From NCBI GenBank assembly GCA_965113315.1, contig OZ220368.1: a DNA stretch of 64,000 bases, one strand, 5' to 3'. The DNA is from Podarcis vaucheri (taxonomy: Eukaryota). A program made the position numbers and the translations under genes. Of the stretch, positions 1-13,881 are shown piece by piece; position 1 is the first letter of the stretch; the number at the start of each line of letters is the position of its first letter. The notes beneath the pieces are model-generated. The model saw nothing but the letters and a program-made list of their open reading frames with translations. It did no database searches and was not told the origin of the DNA.

Positions 1-194
1 AATCATGGGAACCTTGAACTGCTACACACCCTTGAGTGACAGGTAGATTGACTTCGAAAATTAAAGAATTATAAATCCTGATGACAATCACAATTAGGAT
101 GCTAACAAAACCAGCACAGCATCTGCAAAAGACAATAGACTCTGTCTTTATCTTCTGGTATTGTATCAGTCTGTAGGCCAAAGAGCAGATAGAG

Positions 195-440
195 GAGAAC
201 TAGCTAACATAATTTATATAGAGTTTTCAAAAAGCCTTTGACGAGAAGGCTACTAAAGAAATGAAGCTAATGTAGGGTGGGAGGCAAAGTATTGTCACGG
301 GTCAGAAAGTGCCTAAGAAAGAGAGGAGCTGGGAGTGGGAATGAACGGCCACTTTTGGTCCAGGCAGAAGATTAACTGTGGAGAGCCCCTGAGCACCATA
401 CTCTTTAATACACTTATTAATGACCTGGGAAAGGGGATGG
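195..440 (+). mobile_element. Degenerate CR1 LINE reverse transcriptase fragment
   Basis: Frameshifted remnants of the CR1 ORF2 motifs IIY.FQKAFD and G.NG.FS....NSG.P....LFN.LINDL (track ORF 335-580: GMNGHFWSRQKINCGEPLSTILFNTLINDL). Confidence 0.75.
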
Positions 441-892
441 ATGCTGAGAGGGCAGACTTTCAGCGGACAAGACTCGAACAAAGCGAAGGAAATGCAAGCC
501 AAAATGAGGTGCTGAGCTACACACACAGTTTTGCCTACAGGGATGAAGGATCCATTTGCTATTCTCAAAGCTGGATTTAAACCCTACAGAAGCTATTTTG
601 GGATAACCTAGGAATGAATGTCCACAACTTTTGCTATCTTTGGCTCAACAAAGTACAAGACACACAATGTCAGGGAACTTAAGAAGAATCACCAATCTCA
701 GATGCACTGAGAGAAGCATTTTATAAATGGGTATGTTTACACAACCACTAGCATGATTTAGCTAAGTCGTACAGAGACATCTGCACCACTGCGGCTAAAG
801 TGGCATCCAACTCTAGGACAGAGACATGCTGTTTTAGTCATCTTCCCTTGAAAGTAATCATAAAGCTGTTCACTAACAAAAAATTTAAACAC

Positions 893-1134
893 AGGTAAAG
901 GTAAAAAGGAAAAGGACCCCTGGATGGTTAAGTCCAGTCAAAGGTGATTATTGGGAAGCAGTGCTCATCTCACTTCAAGCTGAGGGCGCCCACAGTGTTT
1001 GCCCACAGACAGCTTTCCAGGTCATGTGGCCAGCTTGACTAAACCGTTTCTGGTGCAACAGAACACCGTGATGGAAACCAGAGCGCACAGAAATGTCATT
1101 TACCTTCCTGCCGCAGCGGTACCTATTTATCTAC
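893..1134 (-). mobile_element. Sauria SINE, 3' part (5'-truncated)
   Basis: The + strand shows an aggtaaaggtaaa tail (ACCTTT-type on the element strand), plus gtcatgtggccagc and gcggtacctatttatctac, all typical of Sauria SINE bodies. Confidence 0.85.
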
Positions 1135-4100
1135 CTTATTTATTTACCTTACCTAAACACAAGGACATGCCAGTCTAGGTCACCCTGGGCCACAATGGCA
1201 ACCCTCAAACATTACCATTGCCAGCCCAGCCAGAAACACATAAATTCCTTGTGTGAGACAGCTATACAGTCAGGAGAAAAGGAAGGAGGAAAATGAGTGT
1301 AGCAGCACCAATTGCTGCTGAAATTCCAGTATTGGGGTTGGGGTCAATCCCTGAGATGGTGGCAAAATGACCAGCAGTGCCCTCCAACTGGCACTGTAAC
1401 CCTACTGCTTATTCATGTGAGATGTGCAGCTTGCACAGTAGCTCATTAGCTGAAGTGTGAACACCGCCACTCAGGGGCAATTGATACTTAATCCTTAGCT
1501 ATTCACACCTCAATAATGGGGAGCAAATTAACCCTCACTATCCATCTCACCTAATTCTAATGGACTCCTGGGCCACACTCCCATTTGTACTATATCACTG
1601 AGGAGGCACTAGTAGCAGTCATTTGGTCTGCCTCAGTGTGTAACAGGTCTATAAATGGAAAACAGAAAATACTTATATACAACATGACTGTGTGTGAGTT
1701 TAGAAAAAAGGAAGCACAATTCCCTGTAACAATAAACAAGGACAAGTTTGTGACGGTTACAGCAACCCAAGTGTAAACAAGGTCTCGATAATGGGATGGC
1801 TCAAAAAGAGTAACCTTAAGGTTTGAGCCTATGTGAAAACAAAGAATAGGTACAGGCCTTATAGCCTCTGCAAAAGTGGAGGGGCTGAGTAATACTTCTG
1901 TATGAAACGGGGAATGGAGTTAATGGAGTACAACCATCTGACACTGCCTAGCAATTCATGGATTTACTCCCAGAGGACCTGCCCTAAAAGCAAACATCTT
2001 CCCACTCCTGCAACAGCTTTCAAAGGGTTAAAATAAAAACTTCCATAGAAAACCAGGAAGGGGGAAGGGAAGAGAAAAGGCACTGGAGAAAGAGGGACAG
2101 AAAGTTAATTGAAAATGCTGTTTAATTTTTCAGCTCCACTGGACTACACCCCAGCACAGATGGTTCATCAAGACAGTCTCTGTCTGTATCACTGTCCTTC
2201 CCAGCCTCTCTTTCCCGTCCTGTCCCCCTTCTGCCTAGTCGCCTTTAAAAAGGTGGGGGGGGGAGCACAGCAGGCAGTAGCTCAGAAAATGAAAAAAAGG
2301 CAAGTTAACACAAAAGCACATTCTGTGCCGCTCTTTTCAAGGCACTGGGACAATGCTCCCAACTTGATCCTTTCATAAAGGGAATGTTTCAGGGTCAGAA
2401 AACAGGACACATTAAGCCTGAAGAGGCTGAAGCACTAGCCATTTTGCTGCTGACTTCAGTGGCCGGTTACAGGCCCATAATGGAGTTGGGAAGCTTCTTG
2501 CCTTTATTTATTTATTTTAAAGCCACTGTTTCTTCAGGGCCACCCCAATCTCAGGACTGCCTATAGCAGACACTCTCTCCTGCCTTCCCCCACTATCCCT
2601 ACTGCTTTCTGTCCCTCAGTACCCACATTTGTTAGCCAAAGAGAGCATCCTCTTAAACGGATTACTCGAACGAGACACCAACTGTAAAAGATTTTGAAGC
2701 TATTCAATATCCAACAACAAATCCTTCCAGGCTGCTCACATTCATATTTTCATTTATGCCCTTTTCTTTATCAATTAGCAGCCCCCATTTTCTTCATGAA
2801 GCAGGCTTATCTGAATCTGATTTCAAACACTCATTCGCCCCTTGCCAAGACTGCAGCCTACAGACTCCAGCCAAGATAGATAGTTAGCATTCTCTGGCTG
2901 AAGCCCTCATAGTCGCAAGGAACGGGAGAAGCAATCCTACTTCCACCAGCTGAGTACTTTGCTAATTGAGTTCACATCTAGAGATACTGGGAAACTAAAA
3001 ACTCTGCCCTCTTCTCTGCAAAATGTTGCATCCCAATAAGTTGAAGAGCTGGCTCTTTCACACACAAAAATGAACTTCTCAGTCTACTCACCCTTGGCAT
3101 TGCACAAAGCTCTCACAAACCCAACATGATCCAAACCTCAAAGATTTCTTCCTATTAATCTGCCTAATTCCTATATTAGAGAACAAAGCTTGGGACTAAT
3201 GAACAGAACAGGAATGCCTGAAAACTCAGGAGACATTTAAAAAGACAATAAGAGCAGAAAGGTTGGCTGAAGCTCATGACTGCCTTTCTAAACATCCTAG
3301 CATTGCCATATCTGCCATATCGAGTAGACACCCTCAATGTCATACTGATATTATCTATTTGGAAACTCAAGGGGGCTTGGCCCAACTCTTCTAAGAAACA
3401 GAAAAGAGCCATAAGCAATTTTTGATGGGAAACATGAATATAGAACTTGTAAGCCCTACTTACATGGCCATTTGCAAATGGCCTATTTATATTAGCAAAC
3501 TCAGAAATGGTCTAATGTAATACCATTATTAAACAGACTCATTAGCTGCCATCAGATCCATTGTCAAGATTTAACAAGGGAGGCCTGACAGCTGTCAGAA
3601 ACTTGTTTTTTACACCACTATAATGCAAAGAATAAGTTGAAATATGGGAGAGATAAAGCAGTAGCAGTGAATCAGCGAAGTTCCTTATTGAGCCCATGAT
3701 CAAGAAATTTCAGCTTTAATGCCCAGCTGAATCGACACTGTCAATAATCCCCCTCCGCTGCAAAAACAGTATTCTTCATAATGAAAATGTTCCAAGTGCC
3801 ATAGTGTTGTCTATTCAAAGAGGGAAGAGGGAAACTGAATTTCACCTTCCCTGGGCTTCCCCTGTCTGGCCACATGATCTAAAAAAGAGTAATTATGTTA
3901 GAGCACCTCTTGCCACTGTGTCTCCAAACATAAATATGAAATTGCCACTTGGACCTGAGCTTGGAGACCCTTAACAGGCACTAGATTCTAAACTGTCAAG
4001 ACCTCCTAGCTAATCAGGAGCTCTGCATTTTGGCTACTGACTTGGGAAGGGATCAGATCTCTTCAGCAGTGAATGTTGCAGATGAAGCATTATAAGTGCA

Positions 4101-6444
4101 GCAGACGCTCTTGCAATGAGGAAGAAGTAATAAAGCAATTTTGGGAGGATACCTTGAAATAGTTTTGGGCACATAAAAACATTTTAAACATTTATTTTGC
4201 AGCGGTTTGCCAGCCTCCAGTGGTACAAGGTCAGTAAAAATCTAAATGGTGGTGACAAGATTTGGGAGATCCTGGGGGACGACAGAAAACGTCCGCTAAT
4301 TGTTCATCCTTTATTTTGTTTTTCCTTCAAACAGGCACTGCCCCTTACCTCCACCACCTGCATGAAACATTGGAGACATACCTTTGTTTCCCATTGCCCT
4401 TGAGGTAGAGCATGTGGGGGCACCAAACAGCTCATTAGCAGCTAACAGCCACATGGGTGAGTAGGTGGATTAGGGGTTCAACCTCATGCTCTAGTGGTCC
4501 CCAAACTTCTAGTTGCTAGAAATGAGGTTAACTTATAGACAGTGAATTATTAAAGAACAACTCTATGGCTTCTACTAAATTTTCCTTTGAGGCATCCAGG
4601 ATAGGTCATTCAAGGGGGCTGAATGCTGGGGCCAGATGAACCAATGGTATCTCTTAAGTTCAGATGGTGTGGAGAGGTTGGGGAGGTGTAATAATTGCAA
4701 AGAGGCTGAGAGCTAGAAGGGGAGGGGGACTGGGGTGGTCGGCAGAGGAACGAAGAAAGGGAAAAGAAAAACCCAGCAGTGCACCATGTTGCATTGTTCA
4801 CGCTCAGACCTTCAATTTGCTCTCGGCATTCTCCTGCAGCGGGGAGAATGTTACGCTGGCTTAAGAGACAAATCGGACACAAAATAAAGACCAAGCACTC
4901 AGCAGTAAAGCAATTATCACAACATTTTATGCCGGGGCTGCTCCTTTTGAAGGCAGCCTGGTGCTGCCCGCATGTACCTTAACCCGTTCCTAATAACCAT
5001 AAAGTCACCATTATTTACGGTACAAGACATTAAATAAATAATGAAAAAAGCTGTCGGCAACAGAGCAAGGCAAGCAGGGTGTGCAGGAGAATCCCTTAGC
5101 ACAGGCTTAACCTGTGCTGCAGGAGAAAAGTTAACTGAGCCTTGAGATAGAGGGGCAGCGATCCAGCAAGCAAGAATCAGGTGGGACCAAAACCACAGAA
5201 AAGAATTAAGGGAGACAACAGTGGGGAGGGAAACACAAGGTAAAGCAGGATGCAGTCTCAGGTTTAACTCAACCACCCATGAATTTCCAGCACTGCTGGG
5301 AATGAAATTTGTAAGGCCTCTGCCTAGCAAAGGAGGCATATCGCAGGCCAAATACGTACAAAACACAAGTCAAGCAAGAATACTAAGAATGGCTTTAAAG
5401 TTAGAGCTGCTATTCTTGCTTGGTGGATGCTAACATTAAAACTGCATTATAGTTTTACTTGAAGGAAGGAAGGTTCATACAGCTTCATTAGGTATTATAA
5501 AATATATCTAACTTGTGAAGACCACTAGCATAGCTTTGACTTAACTCTTGCCCATAACAGGTAGTTATCAACTTGAACCTTAATTAAAAACAGAAAGAAA
5601 ATAGATCCGAATTACTTGTGAGAATAAGCACCAATGTCAAAATTCCAGAGCAATTCATGTTAAAAATAAAAGTTATTTGCAGGAACAGAAGGGAAGTCAA
5701 CTCATCTTCAATGGAAAAAAACAATGCTAATTTTTTTAATGGCATCAGTTACTCCATCATTCAATCACTCAATCAAATATGAATCAAAGATTTAAAAAAT
5801 CACAAATTAGACCAGTCTGTTCAGTTCCCCCAGCTCCTGGGAGGAATTAATCTGGTTGGCATTAACAGAATATATTCCTCTTGATAATTATCAGTCGATC
5901 TTGATCTTGTTAAGAATCTTTAGATCTGCTTGGTAGACGGCAGATCAGGATTTACTGGCACCTGTTTACCATCTCACTTAGTGTTTGTCAGAGTATTACT
6001 TATTAGTAGCTACACAAATTACTCATCTCTTCCCCACTGAATATTTACTCTGCAATACCCACCCATTGGTCATTCACTTTTTATAGGACTTTTACATGAC
6101 ACTGTAATTAAACAGTGGTTCTTTCCTTAAGGTTCTTCCATCCCTTTTTTTTGACCACAGAAAATTTTAATTTTGGGGATGTACAGAATAGGAGCACAGT
6201 CTCCACAGGTGTGGATTGCCTCAGCACTATTCTTCCATCTTTTTAGAGAGGGGTGACTGTGTGCTACTCACCTCTTTCAGCACACTTTAATTTTCTTGCC
6301 AACATAATTGTATCACCTTCCTTTTTTAAAACTGCTCTAAAAGTACCTTTTCAGCTTCATTTTAAAATCATTGCAATATTTGTGAAACAGTGCTAAAATG
6401 AAATTAAGAATTTTAGTGAAATTTTTAACATTTACTTCACTGTA

Positions 6445-6499
6445 CCAGCCAGATGGGTGGGGTATAAATAATAAAATTGTTGTTGTTGTTGTTGTTGTT
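6445..6499 (+). mobile_element. Extreme 3' tip of L2-type LINE with (TTG)n tail
   Basis: ccagccagatgggtggggtataaataataa matches the reverse complement of the L2 3' ends at ~38085-38110 and ~58305-58330. Confidence 0.65.
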
Positions 6500-6719
6500 C
6501 TGTGCTGAGTTTCTCCCCCCAAGTTAGTGCTAAAACAACTTTAAAAAAAAGTTGTAGGCCATGTTACCGATACAGCTATGTCGCACACACTAATAGAGGC
6601 AGAACAAATTGGGGTGTACACACAAACAATTTTCATACCCCCTGAAACGTGGAAGGCCATTGGAATTTCACATGTAGCTTATAGCAGAAGGGCAGTGATT
6701 GATTAGAGCTAAGAGCCAT

Positions 6720-6840
6720 GAGTTGTTGTTGTTAATACTATTCCTAGTCAAAAGTAGATCCACGGAAATAAATGAACATGACTAACTTAGTGCCATTAAT
6801 TTCAATAAGTCTACTCTGAGTAAAAATAAGTTGGCTACAA
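6720..6840. mobile_element. Short degenerate palindromic repeat (MITE-like)
   Basis: Imperfect fold-back. It shares attaatttca...gtctactctgagtaaaa with the host element at 38008-38332. Confidence 0.55.
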
Positions 6841-7618
6841 CCCCATCAGTCTAAAAGCACCCAATTTCTGCACTTCCCACTGCTGCCACTTCATTATGGC
6901 AGGAAGTGAGAGCAGGAGCCATAGGATATGCTGAGCCCAGAAAACAGGAGCCATATGAAAGCTCCAACACAGGCACTTCTCTTGCCCACATGGAACATGC
7001 ATGCATCAGTGATTATGAAAGATTGCCATGGATATTGTAAATCTTTTTAGAGCCATGATGCAGTGTCAATCCCATAGGGACAGCTGTGTCTTAGTGGAAA
7101 GCAGGAGCTCAACTGATCTAGAGAAAAAGGCATCAATGGAAGCAAGTCCTTGGGGTTCAGGGCATATAACAGGTCCTATTGAAGACAAGAACAATGACAA
7201 AGAATCACAGTGCAAGGATGCCTTGGAACTTGCTTTCATATTAAATGACTCTGCCCAAAACAAAGGAAAGTAACTTCTCAGGCAGCTGAATGATAAAGTC
7301 AAGCACGGATACAATAAGATACCATGCCATCTAGACAGAGACTCTGAGAGGAGATTGAAAAAAAGTGACACAGGTTTGTATAGTACTGGGAGAATCACAT
7401 TCCTGTGCTGTGTGGCAATACTACACTAATGTGGCTGCTTAAAAGGGTTTAAAGTGACAGAAATGTAAATTTGAAAGAAATTAAAATAGAACAATGTTCA
7501 GAAGGTTCGTACAAAGAAAAATAGAGCAAAGCAGCTGATGTGAAAATGGGCTAAGAGAGCAACATATATAAGATGAGCAGATTGCAGATGGGAGGGGATG
7601 CAGATGAATCGATCACGA

Positions 7619-8003
7619 CAGGGATGTAAACTGTAGAGCCTGTGCCTGGGGACCAAATGTCCCCAGGCCTCTTTATCTGGCCCTCGGGATTTTCCCTAGG
7701 CCAATCTCCCTTCCAAAGCTGCAGCTCTCAATGACCCTGTTCTGCTTTTGCCTTGCGAGAATGTGTCATTCAAATGTGATAATGCCTCTTGCTTGCCTGG
7801 ATGAAGGGTGTGTGTGTGTGTGTGTGTGTGTGTAAACCTTTGATTTTTGCAAGGCTGGAATATAGCCTATTGGACCTACAGAGCCACATGCACTGCTCTG
7901 CCCGCATTTACCTCTGACCCCACCCACTACTGGCATGTGGCCTTTGGAAGGCTTCCCATGAAAGAAAGTGGCCCTTCAGGCTGAAAATGGTTTTCCAACT
8001 CTT
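7619..8003. mobile_element. Degenerate hAT-type non-autonomous element containing (GT)n
   Basis: CAGGG start and repeated (t)ggccc subterminal motifs at both ends. The TSD is not recognisable. A related fragment lies at ~29490-29810. Confidence 0.45.
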
Positions 8004-8545
8004 AGATTACAGAGTGCCATTTCAGAGATCTGTCGTACAGCCATCTATGAGCTGCACCACTCAGGAGCAGAGAGGTGAGGACTGAATGCAAATACTATGC
8101 TAGGAGCCGAAGATCCTGCTAGTGGCCCTGAAGACCAAAGTATCACTGGAGAAGTTAGTAGGAGTACACAAAACAGCTAGAAAGATAAGTGAGACTACTA
8201 GGCACTCCCTTGTCTATAGCTCCAGAATTATTCTAATGGCCAGCAGTCTAGAAATCTTTTTAAAACTCTTTCTTCCCATGCTGCAGTTCCAACAAACACC
8301 CACTGTCAGAAGCTGCTATATGTTAGGTAAGGGAATCTTCCCTCCTATGACAAATAGCAGATTTTGGGTTGGGGTTTTCACTGGAACCACAGTGTGGAAG
8401 GGAAAGTGTAAGCCCCCTTGCTACCAGCCCTACACTGCTATCTCAGGTGCTTCAGAAAGGTTTGCACAGTGTGTCATTCCACCCTTTGCCTCTCAAACAG
8501 TGGTGGCTGGTGCCCACTGGGACTAGTATGGCAGCAGCCAGGAAG

Positions 8546-8635
8546 CATAACTGTCAACTTTTCCCTTTTCATGTGAGGAATCCTATTTGGAATAAGGGAA
8601 TTTCCCTTTAAAAAAGGGAAAAGTTGACACCTATG
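8546..8635. mobile_element. 90-bp palindromic MITE, probably hAT
   Basis: TIRs cataactgtcaacttttcccttt / aaagggaaaagttgacacctatg. Flanks ccaggaag and acagggag match at 6/8, consistent with a decayed 8-bp TSD. Confidence 0.75.
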
Positions 8636-8779
8636 ACAGGGAGTGTAGATGTAGCCAGAGCCAATAAGAGAAGTAACCAACTAATTCTAGTTTTGTCTGA
8701 GTTCTATTAAGAGCAACAGACACTAAAAAGGAAGGGAGCTGATAGTTCTACCCCTACACTGCCTGTAAGAGGAGTCTCC

Positions 8780-9010
8780 TGTATCAGGCCATTAGCCCAT
8801 CCAGGCCAGCATCCAGTTTGCACAGTAACTACGCAGAAGCCTGTGGAAAACATTCACAAAGGACCTGAGCACAAGAGCGAGCGCGCGCACACACCGCATG
8901 GATTCCACTGGTATTCAGAAACATTACTGCCACTGACTTTGGAGGCAGGACACAGGCATCGTGGGTAGTAGCCATTGATAGCCTTATCCTCCACAAATTT
9001 GTCCAGTCCT
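8780..9010 (-). mobile_element. CR1 LINE 3' end fragment
   Basis: The minus strand encodes GLDKFVEDKAINGY (CR1 ORF2 C-terminus), followed by CR1-like 3'UTR. Confidence 0.75.
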
Positions 9011-12000
9011 AACACTCTACCTAACTGCATGCTGACAGGGTCAGGTATTTCCATAATAGTTTGCTTGGCATTTAGGCAGCTATCCCAAAGCAGGCTGCTA
9101 TGATCTATGCTGTGGCCAGCCTGAATTTTCAGTGAAGGAGAAAAGACAGTCTGAGCTGATTGAATTATTTTAGCCAACACTAGTCAAATCTGCCATCAGC
9201 AAGAGAAAGAAGTTAGGCTGGTGTTTCCCTGGACAGAGAAGAGGCCATTCAAAGATACCCACATTTCAGGCAGAAGTTCCCACACAGCCACAAGTGTCTG
9301 CCGCCACTGCTGAACAGTTACAAAGTAGCTGCCTACCACTCTTCCATCAAATAGCATAACCATCACCACCACCCATTTCCCCCAAATCTTGAAAAAAACA
9401 TACTCTAAACCTGAGGCTTCAATGGCCAAAAGGGGTGCTGCAAATGTTGATTGGGGGGGGGGGAGAACCCCTTCACAGACATGTTGGTCTAAGTTAGAAA
9501 GTAACCTCTCTTCAACAACCCCCTCTTTTCCCCTCCTTCTCAACAACCCCACCCCGCCTTGAATTCTTCAAAGCTCAACTTGATTAAAATTCAGGAGTTC
9601 CACTGCTCCCCCACCCCATCCCTACCTCCAAAAGAGAGTGCATAAAACCCAGCAAGACAAAGCCTCCTTGAGTTGCACAGGCTCCCCCCTTCCCTAGGAC
9701 AGAGGCGATGTAAGAGGGAAACCCAGCCCTGACAAAGCCTATTGTCCCCTCTCCACTGCTGCTACTGCTGGTGATCTAGGGGCTCCAGAGGACAGACAGA
9801 CACACACACACACACACACACACACGCCAAAAATAAAAGAGTTGGGAGACTTTTGTGTGCAATACAAAGGAGTTCCACAGTAACAAAGCTTGCCACAAGA
9901 TTTACTCACCTGCTTCTTGAGGCGATGAGAGCAAACACCATTTGGTGACTATGGCAGTTGACCTCCATCCGCTATGCTGAAGTCAGCACCACGAGAGGGA
10001 TTGGATTTTGTGCTCACTCACAGGCACTCAAGCCCACGGCATTCGTAACTAACATGGCCAATCTTCTTAATTCTACCTTTCAGAAGTTGAAAGGTAGTTG
10101 TGGTCAATGAGTGGAAGCAGTTGTGTAGCCAACCAGCCTGTCCTTCCATATATGGAATCTAGCCCCTTTAGCAGCATTTAGCAACCAACTGTGCCTTGAT
10201 TAAAGGACTTCAAAATCTATGAAACAAACACTTCTCCTGCAGCACTATTGATGTTCTGAAGATCTCAACATCAAAATCTTATTTTTTAAAGATTGACCAT
10301 CAAAATCCAAATTCCAGTTACTACTTCTTTAGTTGAAAACGTATCTAAACTATTAGCTCATAGTGTGCCTTGCAATGTTTAAGCCCTTGCAGAATAGACC
10401 CTAAGGATAACAGACTCCTTTCCTTGCAGGAAAACCCTAAACAAAAGGCAATGGTGTGTGTGGGGGGGGGGGGGGTTACAGAGAATGACCAACTAGTCTG
10501 TTTCAGCATCCTACAAGGTCACATTCTGCAAGCTGAGCATTCTCATTCATTCATTTAATTTGTATGCCGCTCTTCCACTAAAAAATCATGCTAAAAGCTG
10601 CTCACAACAAAGAAACAGGGGTGCATTTCAAACAAACACTATGAAAACAATTTCATAATAACATAGCAGAATGTAATAATGTAATAATGCACCATAGCAG
10701 AATGTAACAAATGTAATAATGTACCAAAAACCAGCATTCCAGAACTAGAAATATAACTAGATTTACTTAAACAACATGTAGTATCCACTATCAAAAATAA
10801 CAAGGGAGCATCATAGTTTCATCTTAGTCCTAGAAACACCCCTCCCAGTGTCCCTTTCCTGTAGCAGCTACTTATAAAGCCTCTAAGGGCAAAGGGTGGG
10901 GTAGCTAGAAACAGCCCTCTCATGATGCTGTTCATCAGGTACTGCTTAGAGGACACATCGTTCAGCCTAAGTCATATTCATACATTAGAATTGGTCTATT
11001 CTGATTAAACTTATTTGAACACAGCCTATACAATTAATTAACATTTATTAGACAGTGTTGATAGGGGTGTCTGGATCAACAGCGTAACTTGAAGGGATGT
11101 GGAATCCAAATAATACACAATAAAAGTATACGTTTTACAAAGTAGTAACCTGTAACGATGGTTACTGTTAAATTCTATAGCCGTTTGAACATTTCTAGAC
11201 TTTGTGACTGCATTTGTGTTTCAAAATGAATTTGCACATATGTGCTAGAATAGGAGAGGGAACATAGTAAACCACCAAGGCTTTTTTTTGTTGCAAATAT
11301 TTTCTGTACAGTGACTAACCCACCAATAAATGGATAAACTTTTCAGGGTGCAAGGCCTTGGCACAGCAAAGGTAGCCGAAGCGATTTAGAGTCTACTCCC
11401 ACTAGTGGACAGTGTGGTGGAGCAGAAATGCTTACCTGACCTCCTGGGGGGTGAGTTGCTGCTGCTTATTGGGAGGGGTAATGCAGCAGAGAGGTGAGCG
11501 CTGTACCTACACACTAGTGGAGTCAGTGTGGCATTCCTGCACCTTCACCACCTTGCCTCTCCCCTTCCTAAGTAAAGCAGCAGTGGCTCACCTGCCAGGA
11601 GCTTCTGTTTACCCTTGGGCTACAGAAATCAGCACAAAAAGAAATTATATAAAAGCAAACCCAAATCCATTGTTCTCCACATCTCACAACTTGTGCATTT
11701 CGAGAGTTCAGAAGGTCAGAATTGTATTCCCCCCACATCCCCCCCCCCAAAGTGGCTGGGGCAACCCAACCAGATAGGCAGGGTATAGATAAGAAAATTA
11801 TTATTATTTTCAATAAAGTTTAATAATCCCGCTGTCATTTAAGAAAGATAATGCTTCTACCTGTTATGGGATGATGCCATAACCTCTGTGCAAATTACAC
11901 TGATCACCTTAAACCAAACTGCAATTTACCTGGGGCTCACCAAGCCAGGGTATATTTTTTGTTTGGCTCCGTATGCTGACCATTCCTGAACTAAGGCATA

Positions 12001-13237
12001 GCAATCCTGCTTGGGACTAAGGGGCAGAACTAATCTAATGAGCCACATCAGCAGAAGCCCTGCGTAAGTGCTTCCACTTGTGCAATAGGCCTTTCGCATC
12101 TCCCCACCACATGCCCCTTGGGAATGGCTCTGGTGGGATCAGGAAAATGCCCAGGACAGCACACAGGGTGAGAAGGAGAGACATTCTTTCTGGCAAGCTG
12201 AAACGCTTGCCCAGACAGAATATTTGCAATAGTGCAACATTCAAGTCCACGCAAGAACTATGAAGAAAAGGCCAGAGAGCTAGGAAGAAGTTTGCATGCA
12301 GAGATTATGAGAGTTATAGAGGTCAAGTAACAAGTTGCCCTAGCTACTTTGGACTTTCCCATTTAATTTGAAACATAAAACCACAAAGATTTGTCTCAAT
12401 AATTACTTTAATCAAGTCCTTTCCCTTACAAATTTGCTAAAAATGCCCTAAGGAAAGTACTCGGGAAGTTCATTCAGGTTTGAATTGTGAAACCTCTACT
12501 TGGCCAGTAAAAGCAAACTCACACAGTTACGTTTAAAAATCCACTTGCTACAATGCCCAAAAGAAAAGAGGGGAAGGCTTTTGCATCTTGAACAGTTGTG
12601 TAGCTAAAGAGAGAATTTCAGCAGATTTAATGCCATGGAAGCTACATCTGCCACAATTCCCTCTTCTATGTAACTACTAAAGGTGCAGGAGCCCTGCCCT
12701 CTCTTTCATATGGCCACCCTACCGCCTGCTAATAAGCTATGGGGTGCTACTAAACTGCAACAGGAGCTCAAAACACATTGTAGTAATAGGAAGCAAATCT
12801 ACAGTTCAGCTAGGAACAGGTACAATAGAAGTCGCTGCCTAAGTCAAACCCTCAAGACACACCACAAATAATGAAGCATCTGGTCTAGAGCAATGATCAG
12901 CGGAACAAAATTCACATAACATGGACTCAGACTTGATACACACATCATTGTGGCAGATCTATGCCACAGCTTGGCTCGATGCCAGCCATCATCCTAGACC
13001 AACGGGCACATTTCAAATTTTGACAAAGTGCTGTGGTGCCAGTCACAAAATGGCTGCTGTGAGGGCATGGCATTACACAAAATGGCTGCTATAGGGGCAT
13101 GACATAGCACACAATTAGGGGGAGTACAGTCATTGCTGTTTCCTCAACAAACTCCCCCTACCCAAGGCAACCTCATATTTGCTGTAGGAAGTCACCTATG
13201 TCCTGCTGGTCCTGACTATGGAAATCACACAATATTG

Positions 13238-13241
<4 letters not shown>

Positions 13242-13280
<39 letters not shown>
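13242..13280. repeat. (CA)n microsatellite
   Basis: Read directly. Others: (GT)n ~7808-7833, (CA)n ~9800-9825, (GAGT)n ~19650-19675, (TTTA)n ~23477-23500, (CA)n ~62866-62884. Confidence 0.95.
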
Positions 13281-13283
<3 letters not shown>

Positions 13284-13881
13284 GCTGTCTAATAACAACA
13301 TGGAACATACCCCAGTGCCAGGAAAAATAATCGGGGTGGTCACACCACACTTACTCTCTCTTGTATATACAGCACCACAGGCACACATGCATCGTTCACA
13401 CACAAGCACTTTACATATACAATACTTATACATATATATCCACACAGGCAGCAACCATTTTAGTTGCATCCAGCTGACGCATGATTGGAGGCTCACGGGT
13501 CCTTTTGGACATGGAAGAGGGCAGAATGAGGGAGCGCTTATGCGCACTTCACTGAGACAAGCAGGGTCTGGGAACAGGAACCCTGCGTGTATTTTTTCCT
13601 TTCTCTCTCTCATGTCCATCTCACTCTCTCACTTCCATACCACACACACAAATACACACACATTCAGTAAAACTCCTCCACAGGTGAAGAAAGTGCTTGC
13701 CATTTCCAAAAAAAGTCCAAACAACCCCCCCGAAAAAATACATGAGCACCACCAACCTGGCACCTGTTGCCACCATGTCAGGTTGGGGTTCTCTGCACCA
13801 AATAAAGATACTGTTGCCATAGCAACTAGCTGTTCTGGGATCACGGGAAACACAGAAGTAGGAAGAAACTTTTATCACAGT

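Noticed and set aside
7028-7600. Purine-rich stretch with short ORFs, possible pseudogene or old TE coding remnant
   Set aside because: No motif I could assign; needs a RepeatMasker or BLASTX search.
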